A stretch of 64,000 nucleotides of DNA from Saprospiraceae bacterium (GCA_017985675.1 JAGNXB010000001.1:364743-428742), one strand, 5' to 3'. Positions 29,608-38,000 are shown, counted from the stretch's first letter. Numbers and translations are program-made. Notes: generated by a model from the letters alone, not told the origin.

Positions 29608-29902
29608 TGCTGTTGGTATTAAGTGTTGATATTCCACCAGCTATCGCAGGTACTATACTAATCACGGTTGTTTCATCAACCGTTGTTTCACCGCCCTGGA
29701 GGTCAAGATAGTCGTTGTCGCCAACATAAATTCTGACAAAGGACCTGATCTTTTCATCCTTATCCTTGAGATGTTTCCCTAGATCCGGATAAAGGTCAAT
29801 GAGCGCACCAAGTGCTTTATCTACGCTCGATGCTGAAACAGTAATGGATGACTGGTTCCCTGCAAATTTTCGCAACGGTGTGGGTATGAAAATGGTAGGC
29901 AT
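29594..29902 (-). CDS. cysO: MoaD/ThiS-family ubiquitin-like sulfur carrier (CysO-like) with a 12-residue extension after Gly-Gly
   Basis: The first 90 residues end in ...ISIVPAIAGG, the typical MoaD/ThiS C-terminus. The ORF then continues ISTLNTNSNAKN before a TGA at 29594-29596 (frame checked by hand). Confidence 0.8.
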   Translation of the reverse strand: MPTIFIPTPLRKFAGNQSSITVSASSVDKALGALIDLYPDLGKHLKDKDEKIRSFVRIYVGDNDYLDLQGGETTVDETTVISIVPAIAGGISTLNTNSNAKN

Positions 29903-29914
29903 ATTAGGTTTATT

Positions 29915-30331
29915 TTAATGGTTAACAGTTTCTTCAAAAAATTGATGGTTGTCTTCATCCAGTCGCCAACTTCTGATTTCTTTGACCACTTTTGGAAAGA
30001 CGGAAATAATGACATAGGAAAAGAAGGGCATTGCCTGAGCCAAATCATGTTCAGAGGCTACAGCAGGGTGCAATGGGTGCGAATGATAAACGCCCAACAA
30101 TTGGGTGTTAGTTTGGAGCGCATGTTGCTCTGCTCGGATATAATCCAGCGGATGAATAAGAAAACGTCTCCTTTTATCGCCGGTTTTGTCATTGTGGACC
30201 GGGCTCCAGGATTGAGCTATTCGTTCGCCTTCATCTACCCCAAACAAAAAACCGCAGCATTCATCAGGAAAATCCTTCAAACCATGTTTGAAAATACCGT
30301 TGAGAACGTGTTTTTGAATTCTGATCTGCAT
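29915..30331 (-). CDS. mec: JAMM/MPN+ (Mov34) metallohydrolase, Mec+-like
   Basis: Complete JAMM motif: E in PDECCGF, then HSHPLHPAVASEHD (HxHx7Sx2D). Confidence 0.85.
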   Translation of the reverse strand: MQIRIQKHVLNGIFKHGLKDFPDECCGFLFGVDEGERIAQSWSPVHNDKTGDKRRRFLIHPLDYIRAEQHALQTNTQLLGVYHSHPLHPAVASEHDLAQAMPFFSYVIISVFPKVVKEIRSWRLDEDNHQFFEETVNH

Positions 30332-30333
30332 AC

Positions 30334-31287
30334 TTATAGATTGAGAGATGCAAGAAGATCACCGTACTTGTCGGCGTTATCAGGTAGTAAAGTGACTATT
30401 GATCCAGATTGTAGTGAAGCTGCTAATCGAGTGGCTCCTGCAAGGTTGGCAGCAGCAGAAGGACTGAGCAACAACCCCTCATGGCGGGCTACAAATCGGA
30501 TGAGGTCATAAGCTTCCTCTGTTGATACGTGCGAGATGTCATTCGCCAAATGGGAATCATAAATGGCAGGCACTTTTGCCGTTTCCAAATCTTTCCAACC
30601 CTCTAATCCATGCATTGGGCCATCAGGTTGTAAGGCCAGCAGATGGATACTCTGTTTCATCTCTTTTAAATATCTTCCGGTACCAATAAATGATCCTGTC
30701 GTTCCAAGGCCACAAACAAAATGAGAGACTTCACCACCTGTTTGCCGAAATATTTCTCTGGACGTTCCTAAATAGTGAGATTTCCAGTTGTCATTATTGG
30801 CGTATTGATTGGCATAGAAATATTTGCCCGGGTGCTCCAAGTATATACCTGCTGCCATCTCCTGTGCGCCATCCGTACCTGAGAAGGGGTCCGTTAGTAT
30901 CACGTCAACTCCCAATGCTTTTAGAATGGATTTCCGCTCTTTGGATGCATTTTCTGGAAGACAAAGGGTTACCGGAATACCTAATGAAGCGGCTATGGCA
31001 CCAAAAGCAATACCGGTATTGCCACTTGATGCATCTAGTAATCGTTTGTCTTTAGATAGTTCGCCAGTAGTAATTGCTTGTTCAATGATTCGGAATGCAG
31101 CACGTGCTTTTACACTCCCTCCCAATTGATGCCATTCTAGTTTAGCATAGATAACGACACCCGTTTTTGATGAAAGGGAGTTAAAACGATGCATTGGTGT
31201 ATTACCTATAAGTTTCCCAACATTGAATAACTTTTTTGTAATGGAAGTGGAGAATTTAATAACCGGATTTTGTAGGATCGTTTCCAT
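30334..31287 (-). CDS. cysM: PLP-dependent cysteine synthase family protein (CysM-like)
   Basis: Motifs: PLP lysine in GGSVKARAA, SSGNTGIA, GLGTTGSFIG. It is the first gene of an operon with the JAMM hydrolase, the sulfur carrier and the E1-like enzyme. Confidence 0.85.
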   Translation of the reverse strand: METILQNPVIKFSTSITKKLFNVGKLIGNTPMHRFNSLSSKTGVVIYAKLEWHQLGGSVKARAAFRIIEQAITTGELSKDKRLLDASSGNTGIAFGAIAASLGIPVTLCLPENASKERKSILKALGVDVILTDPFSGTDGAQEMAAGIYLEHPGKYFYANQYANNDNWKSHYLGTSREIFRQTGGEVSHFVCGLGTTGSFIGTGRYLKEMKQSIHLLALQPDGPMHGLEGWKDLETAKVPAIYDSHLANDISHVSTEEAYDLIRFVARHEGLLLSPSAAANLAGATRLAASLQSGSIVTLLPDNADKYGDLLASLNL

Positions 31288-31298
31288 ATGTTGGTATT

Positions 31299-31328
31299 AA
31301 AAAGGGCCATTCGTTTGCTGAATGGCCC
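31299..31328 (-). terminator. Proximal attenuator terminator, ending 12 nt upstream of the cysM ATG
   Basis: The minus strand reads GGGCCATTC-agcaaac-GAATGGCCC followed by TTTTT. The stem is 9 bp perfect with a 7-nt loop. A terminator inside a 5-prime leader is the attenuator signature. Confidence 0.7.
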
Positions 31329-31367
31329 TTGTGTTCATTAGGAAAAAGAGGAAGTATAAAGGTTAAC

Positions 31368-31439
31368 TTACAGCGTTGAGGATGTTGATTGACAACAACA
31401 ACAGCAGGTGTAAACTGAACTAATAACCTTTATATTCAT
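31368..31439 (-). CDS. Proximal Cys-rich leader peptide (23 aa: MNIKVISSVYTCCCCCQSTSSTL)
   Basis: Hand translation of the minus strand: ATG at 31439, five consecutive Cys codons TGC TGT TGT TGT TGT at 31392-31406, TAA at 31368-31370. It is too short for the ORF track and lies in the cysM leader region. Confidence 0.6.
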   Translation of the reverse strand: MNIKVISSVYTCCCCCQSTSSTL

Positions 31440-31464
31440 TTGTTTATACTTTAATTTGGACCAT

Positions 31465-31494
31465 AAAAAAAGGCCACCCCGGTGTGGAATGGCC
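31465..31494 (-). terminator. Distal attenuator terminator
   Basis: The minus strand reads GGCCAttCC-acaccgg-GGTGGCC followed by TTTTTTT (5+2 bp stem with a 2-nt bulge, then U7). No upstream minus-strand gene needs terminating here, because the flanking gene is divergent. Confidence 0.6.
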
Positions 31495-31520
31495 ATTTTT
31501 GTTTTATTTCACATATGTAA

Positions 31521-31580
31521 TTACCATTCCATCGCAAGAGGGATACAACAGCAACACATTTGATTCATTTGCAATATCAT
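31521..31580 (-). CDS. Distal Cys-rich leader peptide (19 aa: MILQMNQMCCCCIPLAMEW)
   Basis: Hand translation: ATG at 31580 (in-frame alternatives at 31568 and 31559), four consecutive Cys codons TGT TGC TGT TGT at 31545-31556, TAA at 31521-31523. Confidence 0.55.
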   Translation of the reverse strand: MILQMNQMCCCCIPLAMEW

Positions 31581-31654
31581 AGTGCAATGTTAAGGGTATT
31601 GCAGTGGACTAGTCAACACCTGTCTCAAATCTCGAGTATATTTAAATTATAAGT

Positions 31655-31837
31655 ATGCGTAAAGTATTAAATAAAAATATATTAGGCACCGATAAAGATA
31701 TCCTAAAAAAGGGAGAAGACTATTATATTGAAGAGGGAAAAACAGTTTTTACGGCAATGTTTTTAAAAAAAAGAGGTAAATGCTGTAAAAGTGGTTGTAG
31801 ACATTGTCCATACCAGTGCGACAAAAAGGTCAAATAA
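31655..31837 (+). CDS. Small Cys-rich protein (DUF5522-like, CCxxGCRHCPY motif)
   Basis: 60 aa with a C-terminal KCCKSGCRHCPYQC. This resembles a small conserved Bacteroidota family. Confidence 0.55.
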   Translation: MRKVLNKNILGTDKDILKKGEDYYIEEGKTVFTAMFLKKRGKCCKSGCRHCPYQCDKKVK

Positions 31838-31846
31838 CCTCCTTCC

Positions 31847-32392
31847 TTATGGCATCCATTTGATTTCTTCAACATCTAGTTGGCGGGCTACTTCCCGGGA
31901 AAGTGTAAATAAGTAGTCAGATAATCTATTCAGATATTGGATAATCGTTGGATCCTGACTAGAAACTCTATCCAGGCTGACGATGCGCCTTTCCGCACGC
32001 CGGCAAACACATCTTGCTAAGTGGGCAGAAGAAATAGTAGGATGGCCTCCTGGCAAAATGAAATTTTTTAACGGTGGTAACTTTTCATCCCAATCATCCA
32101 TGGCTTGTTCAAATTGTTGAATCCGGAAACCAGGAAGTGCCGGAAGTTGAAGGTCTTTTTCCGGGTCCTTAGCCAAATGTGAACCGATGACAAATAGATC
32201 AGCCTGTATCAATCGTAAAAAGGATGTTATTGAATGGTCCGCAATAACATCAGCAAGGCCACCAATGATGGCATTGAGTTCATCAATTGTACCATAAGCT
32301 TCTATGCGCAGGTCATCCTTAGGGATTCGTTTTCCACCAAACAAGCCAGTTTCACCTTTGTCGCCGGTTTTGGTATAAATTTTAAAAGCCAT
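31847..32392 (-). CDS. ATP:cob(I)alamin adenosyltransferase, PduO type
   Basis: N-terminal IYTKTGDKGETGLFGG...RIEAYGTIDELN is the hallmark of the PduO/MMAB family. Confidence 0.85.
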   Translation of the reverse strand: MAFKIYTKTGDKGETGLFGGKRIPKDDLRIEAYGTIDELNAIIGGLADVIADHSITSFLRLIQADLFVIGSHLAKDPEKDLQLPALPGFRIQQFEQAMDDWDEKLPPLKNFILPGGHPTISSAHLARCVCRRAERRIVSLDRVSSQDPTIIQYLNRLSDYLFTLSREVARQLDVEEIKWMP

Positions 32393-32394
32393 GA

Positions 32395-33090
32395 TTATTC
32401 ATGTTTTATAATAGTATCCGTTGATATAATACCATCAATCAGTTTGACGATACGATTAGTACGATCAGCAATATCAGGTTCATGGGTTACAATGATTATT
32501 GTATTTCCTTCAGCATGAAGGATGTCAAAGAGATCCATGATTTCATAAGATGTTTTGGAATCCAAATTTCCAGTTGGTTCATCAGCAAGTATGATGGATG
32601 GGCGATTTACCATAGCCCGGGCAATAGCTACCCGCTGACGTTGTCCACCTGAGAGTTCATTTGGTCGGTGTGTAATACGGTCCCCAAGTCCGACTTGTGC
32701 AAGCACTTCTGCAGCTCTAGCCATTCGTTCGGTGCGTCCCAATCCGGCATAGACTAACGGAAGAGCAACATTTTCTTGAGCAGTAAGCCGAGGTAGTAAG
32801 TTGAAGGTTTGGAATACAAAACCAATTTCCTTATTTCGGATATCGGCCAGATCGTCATCTTCCAGCTCAGCCACATTGGTACCATTTAATTCATAAATGC
32901 CAGAAGTAGGCGTATCCAGACAACCTAAGAGGTTCATCAGGGTGGATTTGCCTGAACCGGAGGGCCCCATTAGAGCCATGTACTCATTAGGAAAGACGGT
33001 CATATTAACGCCATTCAGCGCATAGATGGTCTCAGTACCCATTTTGTATAACTTCCTCAGGTCGTTTACTGTAATTAATGCACCTTTCAT
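32395..33090 (-). CDS. ABC transporter ATP-binding protein (MacB/LolD-like subfamily)
   Basis: Walker [35 protein letters not shown]. Confidence 0.8.
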   Translation of the reverse strand: MKGALITVNDLRKLYKMGTETIYALNGVNMTVFPNEYMALMGPSGSGKSTLMNLLGCLDTPTSGIYELNGTNVAELEDDDLADIRNKEIGFVFQTFNLLPRLTAQENVALPLVYAGLGRTERMARAAEVLAQVGLGDRITHRPNELSGGQRQRVAIARAMVNRPSIILADEPTGNLDSKTSYEIMDLFDILHAEGNTIIIVTHEPDIADRTNRIVKLIDGIISTDTIIKHE

Positions 33091-33298
33091 CCGATCTAAT
33101 AAATAGCATATAAATTAAGGCTACAAGATCGCAAGAACTTCATTGATGGACATTAATTTTAGATCAGCTGTCCTTTGGAGCGGTTGAAAGTGTTTCAGAA
33201 ATAGATGAGTTTATTTAGTCTTGCCAATTACCCGCCCCGGGGTAAGCAAGAATCTAAGCAATGAGGTACCTTAGCCGATAATTTCTTCAATCAACGGT

Positions 33299-33934
33299 AT
33301 GATGACACAAACCGGCATCAAACATGTAGCGGTAGCCGGGAATATTGGCTCCGGGAAAACTACACTCTCCGAATCACTTTCGCGCCATTTTGGGTGGGAT
33401 GTTCATTTTGAATCAACGGACAATAACCCTTACCTAAATGACTTCTACATGGATATGCATCGGTGGTCCTTTAACCTCCAGATCTATTTTTTACACCATC
33501 GTTTTGAACAGATATTGCACATTCATCAGGGCGAAAAAACGGTCATCCAAGACCGCACCATTTATGAGGATGCTTATATTTTCGCCCCCAACCTTCATGA
33601 AATGGGATTGATGAGCACTAGGGATTTTCGGAATTACCTTAGCCTCTTTGAATTGATGACGGCTCAAATTAAGCCACCTGATTTGTTGATATACCTCAAA
33701 GCCAGCATCCCTACCCTGGTCAGCCATATACATAACCGTGGTCGGGAGTATGAAGGCAATATGAGTTTGGATTATCTCAAACGCTTGAATGCCAAGTATG
33801 AAAAATGGATAGAAGGGTACAAAAACGGGCGATTATTAGTTATTCCTGTTGATGATGTTGATTTCAAAAACAATAAACAAGATTTAGGTAATATAATAGA
33901 ACGTGTCAATACAGAAATATACGGATTGTTTTAG
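33299..33934 (+). CDS. Deoxynucleoside kinase
   Basis: P-loop GNIGSGKTTL. The DRTIYED (ERS/DRx-like) segment and ~210-aa size fit dAK/dGK/dCK family kinases. Confidence 0.75.
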   Translation: MMTQTGIKHVAVAGNIGSGKTTLSESLSRHFGWDVHFESTDNNPYLNDFYMDMHRWSFNLQIYFLHHRFEQILHIHQGEKTVIQDRTIYEDAYIFAPNLHEMGLMSTRDFRNYLSLFELMTAQIKPPDLLIYLKASIPTLVSHIHNRGREYEGNMSLDYLKRLNAKYEKWIEGYKNGRLLVIPVDDVDFKNNKQDLGNIIERVNTEIYGLF

Positions 33935-33939
33935 CTAAC

Positions 33940-34758
33940 TCAAACAATTGCAGTAGCTTGAATAAAGGAATAGTAGAATACGGTTTCTTTCATTGAAATC
34001 AGTTGCTGCATACTATGCTCCGCCACTTGCCATCTTTCCAGGGTTGTTTCACCTGCAGCCATCGTTGCATGAAATGCACTTCGCATCAGATCAAGCCAAT
34101 AATTAAGTAGCATATCACGCTCAATTGGTTTCTGATTGTCTAGATAAAACACATGTGGCCAGGTCAAGATTGAGTGAAATCCGGCATCTTCAAGGAGATT
34201 GCCCAATTGTAAACCAATATCGGGGTCGCCACCTAGCCTTCGTTGACATCTCAGTGTATCTTCCCAATAAGGCATGATTCCGGGAAGTTGAGGCCAGATA
34301 TTAAAACTGGAATGAAACACCTCAGTAATGAAGAGTGGACAGTGTGCTGGAAGCCAATTTTTGATATGCTTCAGGAGTTCTAAAGGATTTTGTACATGTT
34401 CCAACACCCAAACGATAAGAGCTGCATCAGGTGCAGAGCTGAGTTTTGGCGAAATAAAAGAAGCATCCCCTTCCATCAAGGTATACCTGTTTTTAAATGA
34501 AGGGAAATGATCCAGGTTTATTTGGGCTCGTGCCAATTGCTTGGGGCTTGATTCCATACCCGTGATATGAAGATTTGGATATCGATTCAATAAGGTCATC
34601 ATTTGGGCCCCTACCCCACAGCCGATCTCAAGTAGATGTTTATTTGTCGAATAGTCTGATTTAGCATAGATATACGGCGCCAACACTTCGTTTTGTTCAA
34701 TCAGACGTTGCTGTTCGGCCTCCGAAAAACCGTGGATGTATAGTTCTGTTTCATTCAT
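33940..34758 (-). CDS. Class I SAM-dependent methyltransferase
   Basis: Motif I LEIGCGVGAQ. Substrate unknown. Confidence 0.65.
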   Translation of the reverse strand: MNETELYIHGFSEAEQQRLIEQNEVLAPYIYAKSDYSTNKHLLEIGCGVGAQMMTLLNRYPNLHITGMESSPKQLARAQINLDHFPSFKNRYTLMEGDASFISPKLSSAPDAALIVWVLEHVQNPLELLKHIKNWLPAHCPLFITEVFHSSFNIWPQLPGIMPYWEDTLRCQRRLGGDPDIGLQLGNLLEDAGFHSILTWPHVFYLDNQKPIERDMLLNYWLDLMRSAFHATMAAGETTLERWQVAEHSMQQLISMKETVFYYSFIQATAIV

Positions 34759-35059
34759 GTTAAGGGGTCTATTAGTAAAACACTAAAGACTAAGATAACT
34801 CTTTTAAATTAAATCTTAGAATTGATCAGTCAATAATTGTTTGGCTGTTAAGTTATCCACATTTAGTGTATGCATGTTGTATCATAAAGCTTAGTCATTC
34901 AATGATTTGTAAATTATATAAGTGATTAATGTGCACAAAAATCTTAAGTGGTCATACCGAAAATTTATAGCTGCGGAAATGGAACCAGAAATTAAGATTC
35001 TCTTAACATTCCCTAGTTACCTTTGCTTAATTAAAGTCTCTTACTAAAACCAACGTACA

Positions 35060-38000
35060 ATGAGAAACCCTTTACTAAGACTTTTGATGTTAGTGCTTGC
35101 ACTAGGCGCATTTACCGAAAGTGCCATTGCTCAGGGCACAACAACGGCTTCCCTTAATGGTCAAATCATTGATCAGGCTGGAGAGTTATTGATAGGAGCT
35201 ACAGTTGTAGCTCTACATGAACCATCCGGCACATCTTATGGCACGGTGTCCAATGTCAATGGCTACTATCGTATGGCTAATCTCCGTGTGGGTGGACCTT
35301 ATCGCATTTCAGTGACTTACACCGGATACGGCGAAGTTGTCCTTGAAGGAGTAAATCTACGACTAGGTGAATCAAGGACATTAGATTTCAAACTGGATGA
35401 GTCTGCTACTGAATTAATGACCATTGAAATCATCGGAAAGGCTGGAACGGCAGGCCAGTCATCAGGGGCTAGTACCCAAATATCAACTGAGGCCATTGAA
35501 GCTATGCCTACCTTGAATCGGGACCTTGATGATTATGTGAAGCTTACACCACAAGCCGGTGGCTATGGTGACGGAACAGCATTTGCCGGCACCAATAACC
35601 GCTACAATGCCATTTATATTGACGGTGCGGTAAACAACGACGTTTTTGGTCTTTCCTCTTCAGGTACCAACGGTGGGCAGACGGGTATTTCCCCATTTTC
35701 TATTGATATTATTGATCAGATTCAAGTTGTATTATCTCCTTATGATGTTGCCTTGGGTGGTTTTGCCGGTGGTGGCATCAACGCAGTGACAAAATCAGGT
35801 ACCAACAATTTGGAGGGCACTGCTTACTACTTCATGCAAAATGAAAATTTGATTGGCGAAACCAACAAAACCCTTACTAATCGCACGGGAAGTCCTGCCT
35901 CGAAAGTGGCTGAATTCACAAAAAGTACTTACGGCGCTTCTCTGGGAGGTCCTATCATTCGCGACAGGCTTTTCTTTTTTGTCAATGCAGAGATTCAAAA
36001 AGACGAAACACCTGCGCCTTTTGATTTTGCTACCTACACGGGCAACTCAAGCCAGCAAGAGTTAGAAGAACTTCGTACTTTCCTTAATGAAAACTACGAA
36101 TATGATCCGGGTACATTTGGAAGTGTTTCCGATGAATTGGATGGTTTAAAATTGTTCGGTAAACTGGATTTCAATATCAATCGAAACCACCGTCTTACGC
36201 TGCGTCACAACTACACTAAAGCGGAGCAATTAGATCGCTCTGTGAGCTCTCCAAACACTATCAATTTTTCGAACAATGGGATTTTCTTCCCAAGTACGAC
36301 CAATTCAACCGCTTTAGAGTTAAATAGCCGGTTTGGCGATAAGATGTCCAATAATCTGATCCTCGGTTACACCACAGTAAATGATGATAGAGACCCTATC
36401 GGAGGTGACTTTCCTTTCCTTATTATTGAAGATGGACCATCTAAATTGATCCGAATTGGTTCAGAGGAGTTTTCAACCGCCAATGGACTTGAACAATCGA
36501 TTTTCACCATTACGGACAACTTTAAACTATACCGTGGTGCACATACCATTACAATTGGTACACATAACGAGTTTTATGATATCTACAATCTATTTATAGG
36601 ACAGAATTATGGAACCTATCGTTACACCAGTATAGATGCATTTACATCCGGTGCTACTGCCAAAGAATATGACCGAGCTTATTCATTGGTTGATAATTTG
36701 ACTGGTGATGGTTCTGCTGCTGCTGCTGACTTCAAAGCAATCCAGCTTGGTTTTTATTTGCAGGACGAATGGGCGATTTCCCCTAAGTTTACCCTGACTG
36801 GAGGTGTCCGTGTGGATGTGCCTATTCTGACAATTGATCCTGTTGAGGATACCTATTTTAATGAGACGGCCTTACCCAAAATGCAAGCGGCATATGCTAT
36901 TGCAAACGACATCGAAGCAGGTAAAGCCCCAGATGGCCAAATCATGGTGTCTCCACGGCTTGGTTTCAATTTTGATATCAATGGTGATAAAAAGAACGTC
37001 CTGCGTGGTGGTTTAGGCGTATTCACCAGTCGCATTCCTTTTGTTTGGCCGGGAGCAATGTACAACAACAATGGTCTGACGCTGGGACGTGTTGATGAAA
37101 CAAACGCTGGTGTGCCTATCACATTCAACCCTGATGTAAATGATCAGTACAAACACCCCAACTTCTCCTTGCCATCAGGTGATATCAACATCTTCACAAA
37201 GGATTTCAAATATCCACAGATTTTCCGTACTAATTTGGCATTTGATACTGAATTACCTGGTGGAATCACAGCAACATTTGAAGGCCTTTATTCAAAAACC
37301 CTCAATAATGTGCTTTATACTAACGTCAATTCGGAACCAATCGTTAAGAACAATTGGACCAATACTCCGGATGATCGTATTGTTTATACACGTAAGGCAA
37401 TTGACACTAAGTATACGTCCGTCTATGTGGGTTCTAATACAAATGAAGGTTATACCTACACCCTGACAGCCGCATTTGCAAAAAAGTTCAATTTTGGTCT
37501 TAATGCCACATTAGCTTATTCGTATGGTGATGCACAAGCTGTAAACGAAGGTACTTCTTCCCAAAACTCCTCCCAGTGGCGTGGCCAAATGACGCAGCGT
37601 GATGGCCGAAATGCCCCAGTTTTGGGTCGGTCTGATTTTGCCCTTGGGCATCGTGTCATTTCTTCATTGAGCTACAGACAAAACTGGACACGTGACAAAA
37701 ATGTGGCTACCACACTTACATTGTTTTATGATGGAATGACGGGCAGCCCATACTCCTACGTGATCGGCGGTAACAGTGCACGTAATATTAACAACGACCT
37801 TGGAAGTACAAGTTCTAATCGCGCGTTGGTATGGGTGCCAGCTGATGCCTCTGAAATCAATCTTGTACCTTACACAGTGAATAATGTTACCATTTCTGCT
37901 GAAGAACAATGGGAAAATCTGAATAACTTCATTGAAAATGATCCTTACCTCAGTGAAAATCGTGGTCAGTATGCGGATAAAAATTCAAACTGGATGCCGT

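Noticed and set aside
31392-31406. The plus-strand motif acaacaacaacagca (and acaacagcaaca at 31545-31556) could simply be a CAA/ACA trinucleotide microsatellite rather than meaningful Cys codons.
   Set aside because: Both runs lie in frame within ATG-to-TAA mini-ORFs on the strand of the downstream cysteine operon. Each is followed by a hairpin plus U-run, and the two runs are not identical repeats of each other. Coincidence of all these features at a cys operon leader seems unlikely, so the simple-repeat explanation was set aside. Only comparative or experimental data can fully exclude it.
31441-31464. Six-codon mini-ORF (ATG GTC CAA ATT AAA GTA TAA) directly after the distal terminator U-run.
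   Set aside because: It has no regulatory codons, is very short and is out of frame with the proximal leader. It is most likely fortuitous.
34759-35059. A 300-nt AT-rich region upstream of the TonB-dependent receptor was inspected for a cobalamin/TPP-type riboswitch or promoter. TACCTTTG at 35018-35025 fits the Bacteroidota -7 consensus TAnnTTTG.
   Set aside because: No riboswitch-like GC-rich conserved core is visible. The -7-like box lacks a convincing -33 TTG partner at the expected spacing, so I do not list it as a feature.
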